Virus record (IMG/VR): IMGVR_UViG_3300031576_000008
Location: 1 to 64,000 of that record
DNA: 64,000 nt
Direction: 5' to 3' (one strand)
From: a virus
Positions 54,557 through 64,000 of this stretch are shown in pieces (position 1 is the first letter of the stretch; the number at the start of each line of letters is the position of its first letter). The notes below the pieces were generated by a model. That model ran no database searches. It was not told where the DNA came from and worked only from the letters and a program-made list of their open reading frames with translations. The position numbers were made by a program, and so were the translations under genes.

Positions 54557-55732
54557 CTAGATGCAATCCTTCGCAACGGTCATCGGCGCGTCGTTGTGCT
54601 CGAATTCGTCGGGACCCCAGTCTTCCATCGGGAGATCCATATCCGGCTTGCGGCCGACGCCATGGACCATCGTGAAGGCGGCTTCGATCGCCGAGCCCAT
54701 CTTCGCGTTCTCCCAGATGATGTCGCTGCCCCACTTCGGCTTGTCGTAGTGCTGCGTGATGTAGGTGGCGCGCTGGTCGATGATGCCGTGGACGCGGCGG
54801 TATTCCTTGACCCGCCGGCAGAGCCGGCGCGGCTTGCGGTTCGGGGCCTGATCGATGCGCTCCGACTTCTTGCCGCCGAGCAGAACGCCATAGGTGTACG
54901 CGAAGAAATGGCGGGCCCTGTCGCGGGCCTTGTAGATCAGCCTCTGGATCGCCCGGATCGGCACCGCGCGCAGGACCTCCCAGCGGAGATTCGAGTTCCA
55001 GTACTTCTGCTTGCCGTCGTAGTCGGGAATGAATGCACGAGTGCCGTTCTTGAGCCCGTTCTTGAGGATGTCGGAAACCTTGCGCACGTCACGGATGATG
55101 TTGAGCGGATCGTAGTAGTCGGGATACTTCAGGAACTCGTTCCGGCGCGAGACGCGCTTGGCGATGCCGGCCCAGAGCACCTTCTCGCCGGCCTCGGTGA
55201 TCATCCAGCGATCAGAGTTTCCACCGAGCTTCGACTTCTTGGCCACGAGCCCGTCCTTCTCGGCGCGCTTGAGCATCCTCGCGACCGTCTCGCGCGGGAG
55301 CTTCGTCTCGATCACGATCTCCTTGACGGTCTCGAAGTTCGAGACGTAACGACCCATCTCGTTGTAGCGCGTCGGGAAAAACTGCTCGTCCGGATCCACG
55401 ATGGAGAGGTCGATATTGGTGTTGAAGTCGCTCGCCTCGAGCTGGTTGAACGGATAGACGTCGCTCGCATCGAGATCGTACGAGACCGGCCCGTTCTTCA
55501 TGAACTGCGACTTCGACCGGTGCAGGCATCCGAACACGTGCAGCAGCTTGAGTGTCCAGCGGCTGCCATTGTTGTTGGAATGATTGAACGGCTGGTCGAT
55601 CTTCCTGTCGACTTTCTTGGTCCACGACCGCCATTCGCGCTGTTGCTGTTTGAAAGGGTCGAGTTCCTTCTTCGAAGTCCGATGCCGCCTAGCTTTTGAG
55701 ACGGCAGTACCCCCCTGCTTCACGAAAGGCAT
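54557..55732 (-). CDS. Winged-HTH DNA-binding protein (putative replication initiator)
   Basis: ETKLPRETVARMLKRAEKDGLV..WMITEAG, directly upstream of primase-helicase. Confidence 0.65.
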   Translation of the reverse strand: MPFVKQGGTAVSKARRHRTSKKELDPFKQQQREWRSWTKKVDRKIDQPFNHSNNNGSRWTLKLLHVFGCLHRSKSQFMKNGPVSYDLDASDVYPFNQLEASDFNTNIDLSIVDPDEQFFPTRYNEMGRYVSNFETVKEIVIETKLPRETVARMLKRAEKDGLVAKKSKLGGNSDRWMITEAGEKVLWAGIAKRVSRRNEFLKYPDYYDPLNIIRDVRKVSDILKNGLKNGTRAFIPDYDGKQKYWNSNLRWEVLRAVPIRAIQRLIYKARDRARHFFAYTYGVLLGGKKSERIDQAPNRKPRRLCRRVKEYRRVHGIIDQRATYITQHYDKPKWGSDIIWENAKMGSAIEAAFTMVHGVGRKPDMDLPMEDWGPDEFEHNDAPMTVAKDCI

Positions 55733-55752
55733 TTCTCCCCCTAGCCGGCGTG

Positions 55753-55890
55753 AAAAACAAAAACCCCGCTACAGGACGGGTGCGCGGCGCAATCAGTTAC
55801 TGTCCGGGAGGATTCCCAGAAGCAAACGAATTGGTGCGCGTTTGAGGAAGGTTTACGCGCACCGCGCCCTGTAGCGGGGTTTCGCTTTTT
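55753..55890 (-). promoter_or_regulatory. Structured 5' leader of replication operon
   Basis: 15-bp perfect inverted repeat (55761-55775/55868-55882) followed by U tract. Confidence 0.6.
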
Positions 55891-55973
55891 CGGACCTGCG
55901 TTGTCAGAGAGCATCGCTGCTCCTAAAAATCCAACCCCGACACAGAAACCGCCTGCGAACCTTCCTGACTTGA

Positions 55974-56002
55974 AGTCTATTCGACTGGTTATTTGGTGTC
56001 AA
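55974..56002 (-). promoter_or_regulatory. Sigma-70-type promoter
   Basis: TTGACA-17-TAGACT. Confidence 0.75.
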
Positions 56003-56075
56003 GTAGAATTCGTCAAAAATGTTCGATTTTTTCGATTGGTCCCATGGCTGATGGGCCGCCAAACGCGCTAGCCGT

Positions 56076-56265
56076 TGGCCATCTCACGAGGTACGTGAGG
56101 AAAACTACGCATCAATGGGTCTCTGTGACGTTAATTGAAGTGTAACTCCCCACTCCGTGGGGGTCTGGGGGATATAAGAGCTACGCAGGGGGAGTTACTC
56201 TTCAACTAACGTCACACCGGGTATCACCGACACATCGTACTCGTAGGACGTGAGACATTCTGGCC
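56076..56265. other. ~190-nt irregular hairpin (ncRNA or origin candidate)
   Basis: TGTGACGTTA..GTAACTCCCC pairs with GGGGAGTTAC..TAACGTCACA, outer TCTCACG/CGTGAGA. Confidence 0.6.
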
Positions 56266-56282
56266 CCAGTCTCGTACTCATG

Positions 56283-58973
56283 CTATCTAGTAGCATGTTT
56301 AGGCAACCGATCGGTGTCTGGTGCATTCTCAAGATTGAAGCCTTCCTTTCGACAAGTCCTGACCCGGTCCATCGAGTGCCTGAATGTGTACTTTGACCCA
56401 GTGTCGATGAAGTCGTGGATCGTTGCCTCAGTCTTGCCGGGCGCGATTCGAAGCGCGCGGCCAATCCTCTGGAGCACCCTTACCGCAGACTTTCCACCAG
56501 CGGCGAGCACAACTACTTCCAATTCGGGGAGATCCACTCCTTCATCGAAGATGGGGGTGGCCACGATGACTTCCAGTGCACCCGACCTCATGTCCTTTCT
56601 GGCCTGACTGCGGATCATGCCGGAGTGCTTGCCAGTCAAGATCTTGCAGCGGACGTTCTCCCCGCGCAGGATCTCGGCCACGATCCGTGCGTGACGGATG
56701 GTGTCGCAGATGATGAGGCAGCGCCGGCCGACGTCTACTTCGGACATGGTGATGGATACGACCTCGGCGTTGCGGTTGGGGTTCTCCTCGATGAGCATCC
56801 GCCGGGCGTCCATGTATGGCGTCCCCGGCGGCACGGACTCGTTCTCGACCTTGTGGTACATGACCTTGCACTTTGAGCTCCACCCGATCGCCTGCAGGTC
56901 CTTGGTCTTGACCTGATCGATGATCGGGCCGGTCGCGGCCTCAAGGCGCAGGTCCCGGACCGGATCGCCGGTCTCCGGGGTTCCCGTGAGTCCGATCCTG
57001 TAGAAGGCTGGAATCGCCTGCGTCACCTTGTACCACGTGGCTGCAGCACCCGTCCGGTGGGCCTCGTCGAGCATGATGACGTTGGCATCCTTGACCAGAT
57101 CACAGAAGTACCGGAGCTCGTCCTGCACAGTCTGGGGCATGATGATCACGAACTTCTGGTCGGGCTTGATGTCGTCCCAGCAGCCGTCTCCAAAGAGAGC
57201 AGCCTTCTGGCCGGTCCGGAGCTTGATGCGCTCCGAGGTCTGGTGCAGCAGGTCCTTCCGGTGGACGATCCAGATGCACTTTCCGGCGATGTGGGAAGCG
57301 ATCGCGATGCCGACCTCGGTGTTATGGGTGACGAAATTCTCGACGAGGAAGCTGTGGGTATCCTCGATCTCGATGTCCCATGTCTGTTTGAGGCCGACGT
57401 TTCGAACCTCCTTCACGACATCCCAGCCGACCGAAGATTTCGCCATCGACAGTAGGAGATCGTCATCCAATGCGGTTCCAAGCTTCTCGGCCAATCCACG
57501 GGACATGAGGGAGTCCGGCAGATAGGACATGCTCGTCTTGATGGGGGCGTTCCAAGCCGGCGAGGTGTCGCGCCCGATGCCATAAGGCCGCGAACGCCAT
57601 TTTGAGGCGTATTCCATCGTGCGCAGCGGGAGGCGGTCATGACCGCTGTTCTTTCTGGGAGCCAGCGCCATCTGCAAGGCGGCCGTCTTGCCTAGAGGAG
57701 GACAAGCGCTCAGGCCGGACACTGAGCGCCTGAGCGAGGCATCGAACTGGAATGCCAGTCGATCAGTAGTTTCTCCCTTATACGTGTACTTGATGTGGCG
57801 TTCCCGCAGCTTCCCGAATACCCCAAAGCGTAGAAGGAGATCGCGGATGTCTTCAGCCAAGGACTTAGAAACGCTCGTGAAGCTGAAGTCCCCCCGAGGC
57901 ATGGTGATTGATCCATCACAACCCAGATAGGCCGACAGAAGATCGGCCACTCGCGCTTTCGGCCAGCTGAAGATGCAGGACGGCACGAACTTTTCGTGCG
58001 CATTCTTGCCCAGCAGTCCATATCGTTCTAGAATCTCGACACAGGCAGGCCGGGGCCTGTGGGCACCTCCTCGAGGCCCCCTACGAACCCTGTAGTCGAC
58101 CCTGTCGACGTAGACGAGTTCATCACCGAAGAATTTGACTACCCTCTTCAGCGTCTCCAAACGAGTTGCGTCGGCCACCGAGAATCGCAGAAGCGTGGAA
58201 TTAGTGCCATTGCCATCGCCCAAATAGAATCCCAAAAGCAGGGCTTCCTCGCTGCTAGGTCCATCCTGATTGCCGTCGACTTCGATCTTGTCGGCCACGC
58301 CAACAAGCATGCCGGGCTTCAGGTCTTCTGCATGGGTCCATTCATCCGCGCCAGTCAGGAACGGATGGTCATGGGAGACGATGACCGAGTGCCCACGCTT
58401 CGTGATGACTTCGACACAATCCTTGAGTCCATTGCTGACCAAGGCCTTAACGGCGGAAGGCTTGAGATCGTGCGAGATTCTGTCATACCCAAAAACGCAG
58501 TCTCCCTGCTGCAGCTGCTCAATAGCTGTCCGCCGGCCATCGGAGGTCGTCAGCCTCATTCCGCTGGCGACGCATTTGCCGGCGTTCACGGCCAAGGCAA
58601 GGATCCCCCTAGCCTTGTCGAGCGCGATCTTGATCGCCTTCTCCTGATGATCGGCGAAGGTGATGTCCTTCAGGATCTTGGCGTTGTACTCCACCGTCGG
58701 GGGCCGGACGCGCTCGTCGATGACCCGGGCGATTGGGATGATCTTCCTGATGCGAGTGAGCATGCCCGTCGGGAAGGTGCCACGGATGGGGTCCACGGGG
58801 TGCCAGCGGCCGTCCCAAAGCGGGCGGTGCCGGCGGGCGTATTCCGCTCCGGGAAATTCGACCGCTGTCGCCGTGTCGAGCTTGTAGAGCAGTTGCCGAT
58901 CGCACTCGATCTTCGAGACGGCGTTCCCGACCCTGATGATGGGCTGTTCCATATGAGGTAATCTTCTCGGCAT
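56283..58973 (-). CDS. SF2 (UvsW-like) DNA helicase with intein (alternative start 58952)
   Basis: GK|T, DEAH, LTGTP, EGVDLP, QRIGRALR. Confidence 0.92.
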   Translation of the reverse strand: MPRRLPHMEQPIIRVGNAVSKIECDRQLLYKLDTATAVEFPGAEYARRHRPLWDGRWHPVDPIRGTFPTGMLTRIRKIIPIARVIDERVRPPTVEYNAKILKDITFADHQEKAIKIALDKARGILALAVNAGKCVASGMRLTTSDGRRTAIEQLQQGDCVFGYDRISHDLKPSAVKALVSNGLKDCVEVITKRGHSVIVSHDHPFLTGADEWTHAEDLKPGMLVGVADKIEVDGNQDGPSSEEALLLGFYLGDGNGTNSTLLRFSVADATRLETLKRVVKFFGDELVYVDRVDYRVRRGPRGGAHRPRPACVEILERYGLLGKNAHEKFVPSCIFSWPKARVADLLSAYLGCDGSITMPRGDFSFTSVSKSLAEDIRDLLLRFGVFGKLRERHIKYTYKGETTDRLAFQFDASLRRSVSGLSACPPLGKTAALQMALAPRKNSGHDRLPLRTMEYASKWRSRPYGIGRDTSPAWNAPIKTSMSYLPDSLMSRGLAEKLGTALDDDLLLSMAKSSVGWDVVKEVRNVGLKQTWDIEIEDTHSFLVENFVTHNTEVGIAIASHIAGKCIWIVHRKDLLHQTSERIKLRTGQKAALFGDGCWDDIKPDQKFVIIMPQTVQDELRYFCDLVKDANVIMLDEAHRTGAAATWYKVTQAIPAFYRIGLTGTPETGDPVRDLRLEAATGPIIDQVKTKDLQAIGWSSKCKVMYHKVENESVPPGTPYMDARRMLIEENPNRNAEVVSITMSEVDVGRRCLIICDTIRHARIVAEILRGENVRCKILTGKHSGMIRSQARKDMRSGALEVIVATPIFDEGVDLPELEVVVLAAGGKSAVRVLQRIGRALRIAPGKTEATIHDFIDTGSKYTFRHSMDRVRTCRKEGFNLENAPDTDRLPKHATR
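57321..58574 (-). mobile_element. Intein (418 aa) with LAGLIDADG endonuclease in helicase P-loop
   Basis: NAGK|CVAS...VTHN|TEV, LGFYLGDG and LSAYLGCDG. Confidence 0.92.
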
Positions 58974-59024
58974 TCTGCAGGAATTTCATGAAATTCCTCT
59001 GCAGTCCGGAGAAGAGTACCTTCC

Positions 59025-62000
59025 ATGGGAAACTACGGCATTTTGCACGCTCACTCCGAATACAGCGTCCGCGACTCGCTCATCCGCGCCGAAGACCTGC
59101 CTGTATTGGCCAAGTCGAAGGGCTGGGATGCCTGCGCCCTGACCGACCACGGCGGCATCGAGGGCTTGTACACCTTCTCCAAGGCCTGCCGTGCGAACGG
59201 CGTGAAGCCAATCCTTGGCTGTGAGTTCTACGTCGGATGCTCCGACTCCGACAGGGCCCATCACCTGACGGTGCTGGCTAAGAACGTCCGGGGCTTCACG
59301 TCGATGACGGAGCTCCTGTCGATCGCCCACCGCGATCATTACAACGGCAGGAGGCACCGCGCCGACATCCCCATCGACATGATCCTCGAGAAGCTGACCG
59401 ACTGCGTCATCCTCTCAGGCTGCTTCTCGAGCCCGTTCTGGAGGGCGTCGGACAAGTCGATGGACGAACTCGTGGCGTTCGTCGACAGGTTCGGCGACGA
59501 CTTCTACTTCGAATTTCAGGGTCTCTGGGATTGGCATGAGCAGGTTGATCTTAATTCGCTCGTCATCACCATGTCACGCGAGCTCGGCCGGCCGCTCGTG
59601 GTCACCCCCGATTGTCATTTTGCGACTCCCGACGAATCGCGCTTCCATGAGGCTCTGCTCGCCGTGGCATCCCGCGCTCCTGTCGGTAGCCCCAAGGCAT
59701 GGAGGTTCTCGACGCATCTCAACTACGTCCTGACGCCGGAAGAAAGCGTCGCTGGCCTCGTCAAGGCGGGCGTGCCCGAATCAGATGCAAGGAAGGCGCT
59801 GGAGGAGACCGGGAAGATCGCCGCCAAGATCTCCGACTGGTCGTGGGACGACCTGCCTATGCCGAGGATCCCCGACGTCGGCGGCGACATGAAGAAGCTC
59901 GTCTGGGATGGCCTGACGGCCAAGGGGCTCGACCAGACCGATGAATACAAGACCCGGCTCACCGACGAGCTCGACTGCTTCACCAAGGCCGGCCTCGATC
60001 GCTACCTGCTCCTCGTTAGGCATTGCCTGAATCTCTTCCGCAACAATGGAGCCGAGATCGGGCCGCGCGGATCGGTCGGTGGCAGCCTCGTCGCCTACTG
60101 TCTCGGCATCACCAATCTTGATCCGGTCAAGCACGGGCTCATCTGGCAGCGCTTCTACTTCCCCGGCCGCAAGGGCTGGCCGGACGTCGACATCGACGTC
60201 GACACCCATTTCCGCGAGCGGGTGCCCGAAGTGCTCAGGAAGGAGTTCGGGGATGACCGAGTCGCCCAGATCTCGAACTTCGGTACGTTCGGGCTCCGGC
60301 AGGCGATCAACGACGCCGCCAAGGCCTACGGCATGAAGGTCGATAATCCGCTGTCGGAGTTCGAGCTCCGGGATCTCATCAAGGCGCATGAAGGCGACGA
60401 GGACAAGGTCCCCATCGAGGAGCTCAGGACTTGGCAGGCTCTCCGCGCCAAGAGCCCCGATGCATCCGAGTTCGCCAAGAAGCTCCGGGGCCGCATGCGC
60501 CAGTTCGGTGCCCACGCTGGCGGATTCGTCATCGCCGCCGACAGCCTCCTGTGCGGACGCGGCGCGGTCGTCACGCGCGGCAAGGACAAGGCGCTCGTCT
60601 GGGACATGGGGACCGCCGATGCGCTCGGTTTCGTGAAATTCGACTTCCTCGGGCTCGATTCGCTGGCGGCCATCCGCGAACTCGGACGCTCGATCGACAT
60701 CAAATGGGATGAAGTGCCGCTCGACGATCCGGCGGTCTACACCGATATCTCCGAGGGGCGCACCGCCGCCGTTCCCCAGTTCCTGACGAGCGGACTCAGG
60801 AGTTTCGCAGAGCGGCTACAGCCCGACAAGTTCGAGGATCTCGTCTGGGCCAACGCCGCGTTCCGGCCGGGCGCGCTCGGGCAGTTCTCCCCGCAGGAGC
60901 TCGCCGAGCGCTACCACGAGAACCCCGACAGCCTGATCGTCTATCAGGAAGACATCATGGCCATCTGCGTCTACATGGCCGGCTTCTCGTGGAAGGAGGC
61001 CGACGGCGTGCGCAAGGTGGTCGCCAAGAAGGAGGGCAGGGACGAGTGGAAGAAGCTCGCCCCCAAGTTTGCCGAAGGATGCGTCAAGCAGGACTCCATG
61101 ACCTACGAGGAGGCGATCATCCTCTGGTCGAGCCTCGAAGAGTTCACAAGGTACGCGTTCAACAAGGCGCATTCGGCCGCCTACAGCTGGAACGCCTATC
61201 GCATCGCATGGGCCAAGCGCCGCCATCCGATCCACACGTTCGCGGCGCTTCTCAATTCGAGCAAGGAGGAGAAGATTCCGCGCATTCTCGAAGAAGCCGA
61301 GGACAGCTTCGGGCTCAAGCTCCTGCCGCCGGACGCCAACAAGTCCGGGCTGGTATGGATGATCGAGGGGGACGCAATCCGGGCTCCGCTCAATCAGTCG
61401 GAGCTGATCGACCTGCGCATCACCAAGGCGATCATGAAGCGCCGGGAGTCGGGTCCTTTCGTCTCCAAGAACGACTTCATCACCCGGATGAGTACGATCA
61501 AGTACCACCCGCAGGTCGTGGACATCCTCTTCGACGGGCGCGGCTTCGCGGCCCATTTCGCGCTGCCGCTCGTCGATCCGAGGATCATCGTCTCCAAGGA
61601 CTACATCGAGACGATCCGCTCCTGCATGCAGTGCGATCTCCGGGGCACCTGCCGTCAGGTCGTTCCTCCCGATCTCGGGAAGACGAATGTCCTCATCGTC
61701 GGAGAGGCTCCCGGCAAGGATGAGGACCGCCGGGGCAAGCCGTTCGTGGGCCCATCGGGCCAGCTTCTTTTCAAGCTTCTCGAGGAGAACGGCATCAAGC
61801 GCACCGATGTGACGGTGACCAATGCCTGCCACTGCAAGCCGCCGTTCGTGCCCGACGAGGATGCCGACGCGTCCGAGCGCCGCTCCCGCAACGAGGCGCT
61901 CATGCTCGACTGCCCGTGGGTCTTCAAGGAGATCGAGCTCATGAAGCCGCCGCTCATCCTCGCCGTCGGGGCCAAGGCGTGGAAGAAGCTCGGCGGCGAG

Positions 62001-62204
62001 GGCGGGATCACCAAGGCCAACGGCACCGAGATCGAGCGCGGCGGATCGAAGATCATGGCATGCCTGCATCCGGCCTTCGTCCTCCGGGACCCGACCCAGA
62101 TGCCTGAGATCGAGCACGCCATCCGCCGCTTCGGCAGGCTTTACCACGCACTCGTGCCCAAAGTGGCCGCTAAGCCTCTCGTTTCGAAAGGAGCGACGTC
62201 ATGA
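59025..62204 (+). CDS. dnaE: DNA polymerase III alpha (DnaE-like) fused to C-terminal family-4 uracil-DNA glycosylase
   Basis: PHP (LHAHSEYS, TDHG, PDCH), RGSVGGSLVAY, PDVDID, HAGG, FNKAH. UDG: CxxC..GEAPG..PFVG..TN..C..HPA. Confidence 0.92.
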   Translation: MGNYGILHAHSEYSVRDSLIRAEDLPVLAKSKGWDACALTDHGGIEGLYTFSKACRANGVKPILGCEFYVGCSDSDRAHHLTVLAKNVRGFTSMTELLSIAHRDHYNGRRHRADIPIDMILEKLTDCVILSGCFSSPFWRASDKSMDELVAFVDRFGDDFYFEFQGLWDWHEQVDLNSLVITMSRELGRPLVVTPDCHFATPDESRFHEALLAVASRAPVGSPKAWRFSTHLNYVLTPEESVAGLVKAGVPESDARKALEETGKIAAKISDWSWDDLPMPRIPDVGGDMKKLVWDGLTAKGLDQTDEYKTRLTDELDCFTKAGLDRYLLLVRHCLNLFRNNGAEIGPRGSVGGSLVAYCLGITNLDPVKHGLIWQRFYFPGRKGWPDVDIDVDTHFRERVPEVLRKEFGDDRVAQISNFGTFGLRQAINDAAKAYGMKVDNPLSEFELRDLIKAHEGDEDKVPIEELRTWQALRAKSPDASEFAKKLRGRMRQFGAHAGGFVIAADSLLCGRGAVVTRGKDKALVWDMGTADALGFVKFDFLGLDSLAAIRELGRSIDIKWDEVPLDDPAVYTDISEGRTAAVPQFLTSGLRSFAERLQPDKFEDLVWANAAFRPGALGQFSPQELAERYHENPDSLIVYQEDIMAICVYMAGFSWKEADGVRKVVAKKEGRDEWKKLAPKFAEGCVKQDSMTYEEAIILWSSLEEFTRYAFNKAHSAAYSWNAYRIAWAKRRHPIHTFAALLNSSKEEKIPRILEEAEDSFGLKLLPPDANKSGLVWMIEGDAIRAPLNQSELIDLRITKAIMKRRESGPFVSKNDFITRMSTIKYHPQVVDILFDGRGFAAHFALPLVDPRIIVSKDYIETIRSCMQCDLRGTCRQVVPPDLGKTNVLIVGEAPGKDEDRRGKPFVGPSGQLLFKLLEENGIKRTDVTVTNACHCKPPFVPDEDADASERRSRNEALMLDCPWVFKEIELMKPPLILAVGAKAWKKLGGEGGITKANGTEIERGGSKIMACLHPAFVLRDPTQMPEIEHAIRRFGRLYHALVPKVAAKPLVSKGATS

Positions 62205-62497
62205 AGAGTTACGCGGAAAAAGGCGCGGAGATCGGTCTCTTCGTCGAGGAGAAGAACAAGGCCTATGGCAGCGCCTTCGCCAAGGCTGGGGAATTTCTCA
62301 AGCTGCTATACCCGGAGGGGGTGGAGCCCGGGCAGTACCGGGACATGCTCCTCCTGACCCGCATCTTCGACAAGATGATGCGCATCGCGACCGACAAGGA
62401 TGCGCTGGGGGAAAGCCCGTACCGGGACATCGCAGGCTACGGCATCATCGGCGATGACACCGAGGAGCGCGAAGCCCGCGCCAAGAAGCCCGTCTAG
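62201..62497 (+). CDS. DUF1599-like nucleotide-modification-associated protein
   Basis: KN-x-AYG-x-AF..RI-x-DK..RI..DIAGY. Confidence 0.7.
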   Translation: MKSYAEKGAEIGLFVEEKNKAYGSAFAKAGEFLKLLYPEGVEPGQYRDMLLLTRIFDKMMRIATDKDALGESPYRDIAGYGIIGDDTEEREARAKKPV

Positions 62498-62506
62498 GAG
62501 GACCTC

Positions 62507-63283
62507 ATGCACCGCGTCACGCCAAAGCCGTTCCTCGTCGGGGAGACCAAGCTCGATCAGGGGGCCATCAAGGCCTATCTCGACCATGTCGGGACGAAGT
62601 GGTGGGAGATGGAGGATGGCGCTTCGGACTCCGAGAAGCTGATCGAGATCATGGGCCGCCTTTGTTACAGGAGCTGGGAACCCGGATTGAATAAGAATGT
62701 CTCCAAGATCCGCAAGGGCAACGATCTCTACGTCGGCAACATCCTCAAGTCGAAGCACGGCTCGGTGACCGAGCACGGCGTTTCGAACTGGATCATCGCC
62801 GACTGCTCGAGAGTTCTGACACACGAGCTCGTTCGCCATCGCGCCGGGACGGCCTTCTCGCAGGAGAGCCTGCGGTTCGTCCGGCTCGACGATCTGGGGC
62901 TCTGGATGCCGCCGGAGGTGACCGACCCCGTGCTCATCCGGATGTGCGAGGAGAAGTTCAAGGCCGACGAGGAGTTCCAGAAGAGGCTGTCGGACTACCT
63001 CAAGCTCGACGAGCCCGGGAAGGACTTTCACTACAAGAAGCTCTGGACGAGCTTCATGCGCCGGTTCGCCCCGGAAGGCCTCGCCACCACGATCGGCCTC
63101 TCGATCAACATGCGCTCGATGCGGCATGTCATCGAGTACCGCACGGCCGAATCGTCGGAGGTCGAGATCCGGTTCGTCTTCGACCAGATCGGCCGGATCG
63201 CCAAGGAGCGCTGGCCGAACCTCATGCAGGATTTCGTGAGGCAGGAGGACGGCGAGTGGAAGCCGGAGCACTCGAAGATTTGA
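62507..63283 (+). CDS. thyX: Flavin-dependent thymidylate synthase
   Basis: GRLCY, HGSVTEH, THELVRHR..SQESLRFV, NMRS..R. Confidence 0.93.
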   Translation: MHRVTPKPFLVGETKLDQGAIKAYLDHVGTKWWEMEDGASDSEKLIEIMGRLCYRSWEPGLNKNVSKIRKGNDLYVGNILKSKHGSVTEHGVSNWIIADCSRVLTHELVRHRAGTAFSQESLRFVRLDDLGLWMPPEVTDPVLIRMCEEKFKADEEFQKRLSDYLKLDEPGKDFHYKKLWTSFMRRFAPEGLATTIGLSINMRSMRHVIEYRTAESSEVEIRFVFDQIGRIAKERWPNLMQDFVRQEDGEWKPEHSKI

Positions 63284-63367
63284 CCGTGATGCGAGAATCT
63301 CAGGAAATAGTTCTGGAAGGTCGAGAAGACTACCTATTAGGACCCGAAAGGAAAGGAGGACGGCAGG

Positions 63368-63841
63368 ATGAGGGACGCGCCCTTTGAGGTCACGGTCGGC
63401 GGGGAAAAGTTCACCTTCTCCACGAAGAGCGAGCTTTTCATCGACCGGGACAACCTCGACGATGATCTCGCAAGGCAGGCGGCCCTGTACGCATTCTTCG
63501 GCATCAGGCTGTCGGCGGAGCTGAAGAAGGAGAAGGCCATTTTGGAGGCCGACTACGAGGAGCTCTTCAACCGGCTCGATCAGGAGGTCCGCCCGACGTT
63601 CAAGACGAAGCCGACGGAGACCGAGATCAAGAACAAGATCAAGACCGATCCACGGATCATCGTCTTGTCCAAGAAGCTCACGAAGCTGGAATTTGACGAA
63701 TACAAGATTTCGATCATGCTCAAGGCGCTCGAGCAGCGCAAGGACATGCTCAAGGCCTTGAGCATGAACCGGAGCATGGAACGCACGATGCCGTCGTCCG
63801 ACGAGATCGAGCGCATGAAGTCGAACTTGCTTGGCCGTTAA
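63368..63841 (+). CDS. UvsY-like recombination mediator
   Basis: Helical, KPTETEIK..ALEQRKDML, position before SSB. Confidence 0.55.
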   Translation: MRDAPFEVTVGGEKFTFSTKSELFIDRDNLDDDLARQAALYAFFGIRLSAELKKEKAILEADYEELFNRLDQEVRPTFKTKPTETEIKNKIKTDPRIIVLSKKLTKLEFDEYKISIMLKALEQRKDMLKALSMNRSMERTMPSSDEIERMKSNLLGR

Positions 63842-63871
63842 CCCAAAAACCTATTTGAAAGGAGATCAGTC

Positions 63872-64000
63872 ATGGCCATGGGTCGCAGCGATTACCAGTC
63901 CGCCAAGGAGCGCTTCCTCGACCGCCAGAAGCGCAAGAGCGAGTCCGAGGGATGGTGGAAGCCCACCGAGGGCCGGCACCGCATCCGCATCCTGCCCCCG
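63872..64000 (+). CDS. Probable gp32-like ssDNA-binding protein (partial)
   Basis: WWKP..G..RIRILPP, AAGGAG RBS, runs off window. Confidence 0.6.
   Translation, partial: MAMGRSDYQSAKERFLDRQKRKSESEGWWKPTEGRHRIRILPP

Noticed and set aside
1-64000. CRISPR array or canonical multi-unit TIGR array
   Set aside because: No periodic repeat-spacer run found by eye in any intergenic gap.
1-64000. Alternative genetic code or suppressor tRNA
   Set aside because: Conserved genes are intact in the standard code and end with all three stops. No CUA/UCA/UUA anticodon was seen.

Overview
This GC-rich window appears to come from a large (jumbo-type) dsDNA phage genome. Genes are dense and mostly on the minus strand, and TAA, TAG and TGA all act as stops, so the code looks standard. 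Positions 1-8.7 kb hold a minus-strand array of about 29 tRNA genes, many with non-canonical D/T loops. The array also contains HNH endonucleases, small ORFs whose stop codons lie inside tRNAs, a glycosyltransferase/methyltransferase cassette, three related Y-RNA-like ncRNAs (two with a circularly permuted tRNA domain) and other CCA-ended structured RNAs. It is preceded by a promoter, a leader ORF, an antiterminator and a terminator, which together resemble a translation-coupled attenuator. Positions 9-52 kb are mostly accessory genes: class II RNR with an intein, ATP-dependent ligase, (p)ppGpp hydrolase, J-domain protein, phosphoesterase, macrodomain, RNase HII, Thg1-like protein, DUF932, a GG-ended small protein, and a RuvC-less IS110/Nop-domain (TasA-like) protein. 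A ~320-nt intergenic hairpin lies at 38.5-38.8 kb. Positions 52-64 kb form a replication module: primase-helicase, wHTH protein, SF2 helicase with an intein, DnaE-UDG fusion, ThyX, a UvsY-like protein and an SSB. All calls come from manual reading and motif recognition. No database searches were run.
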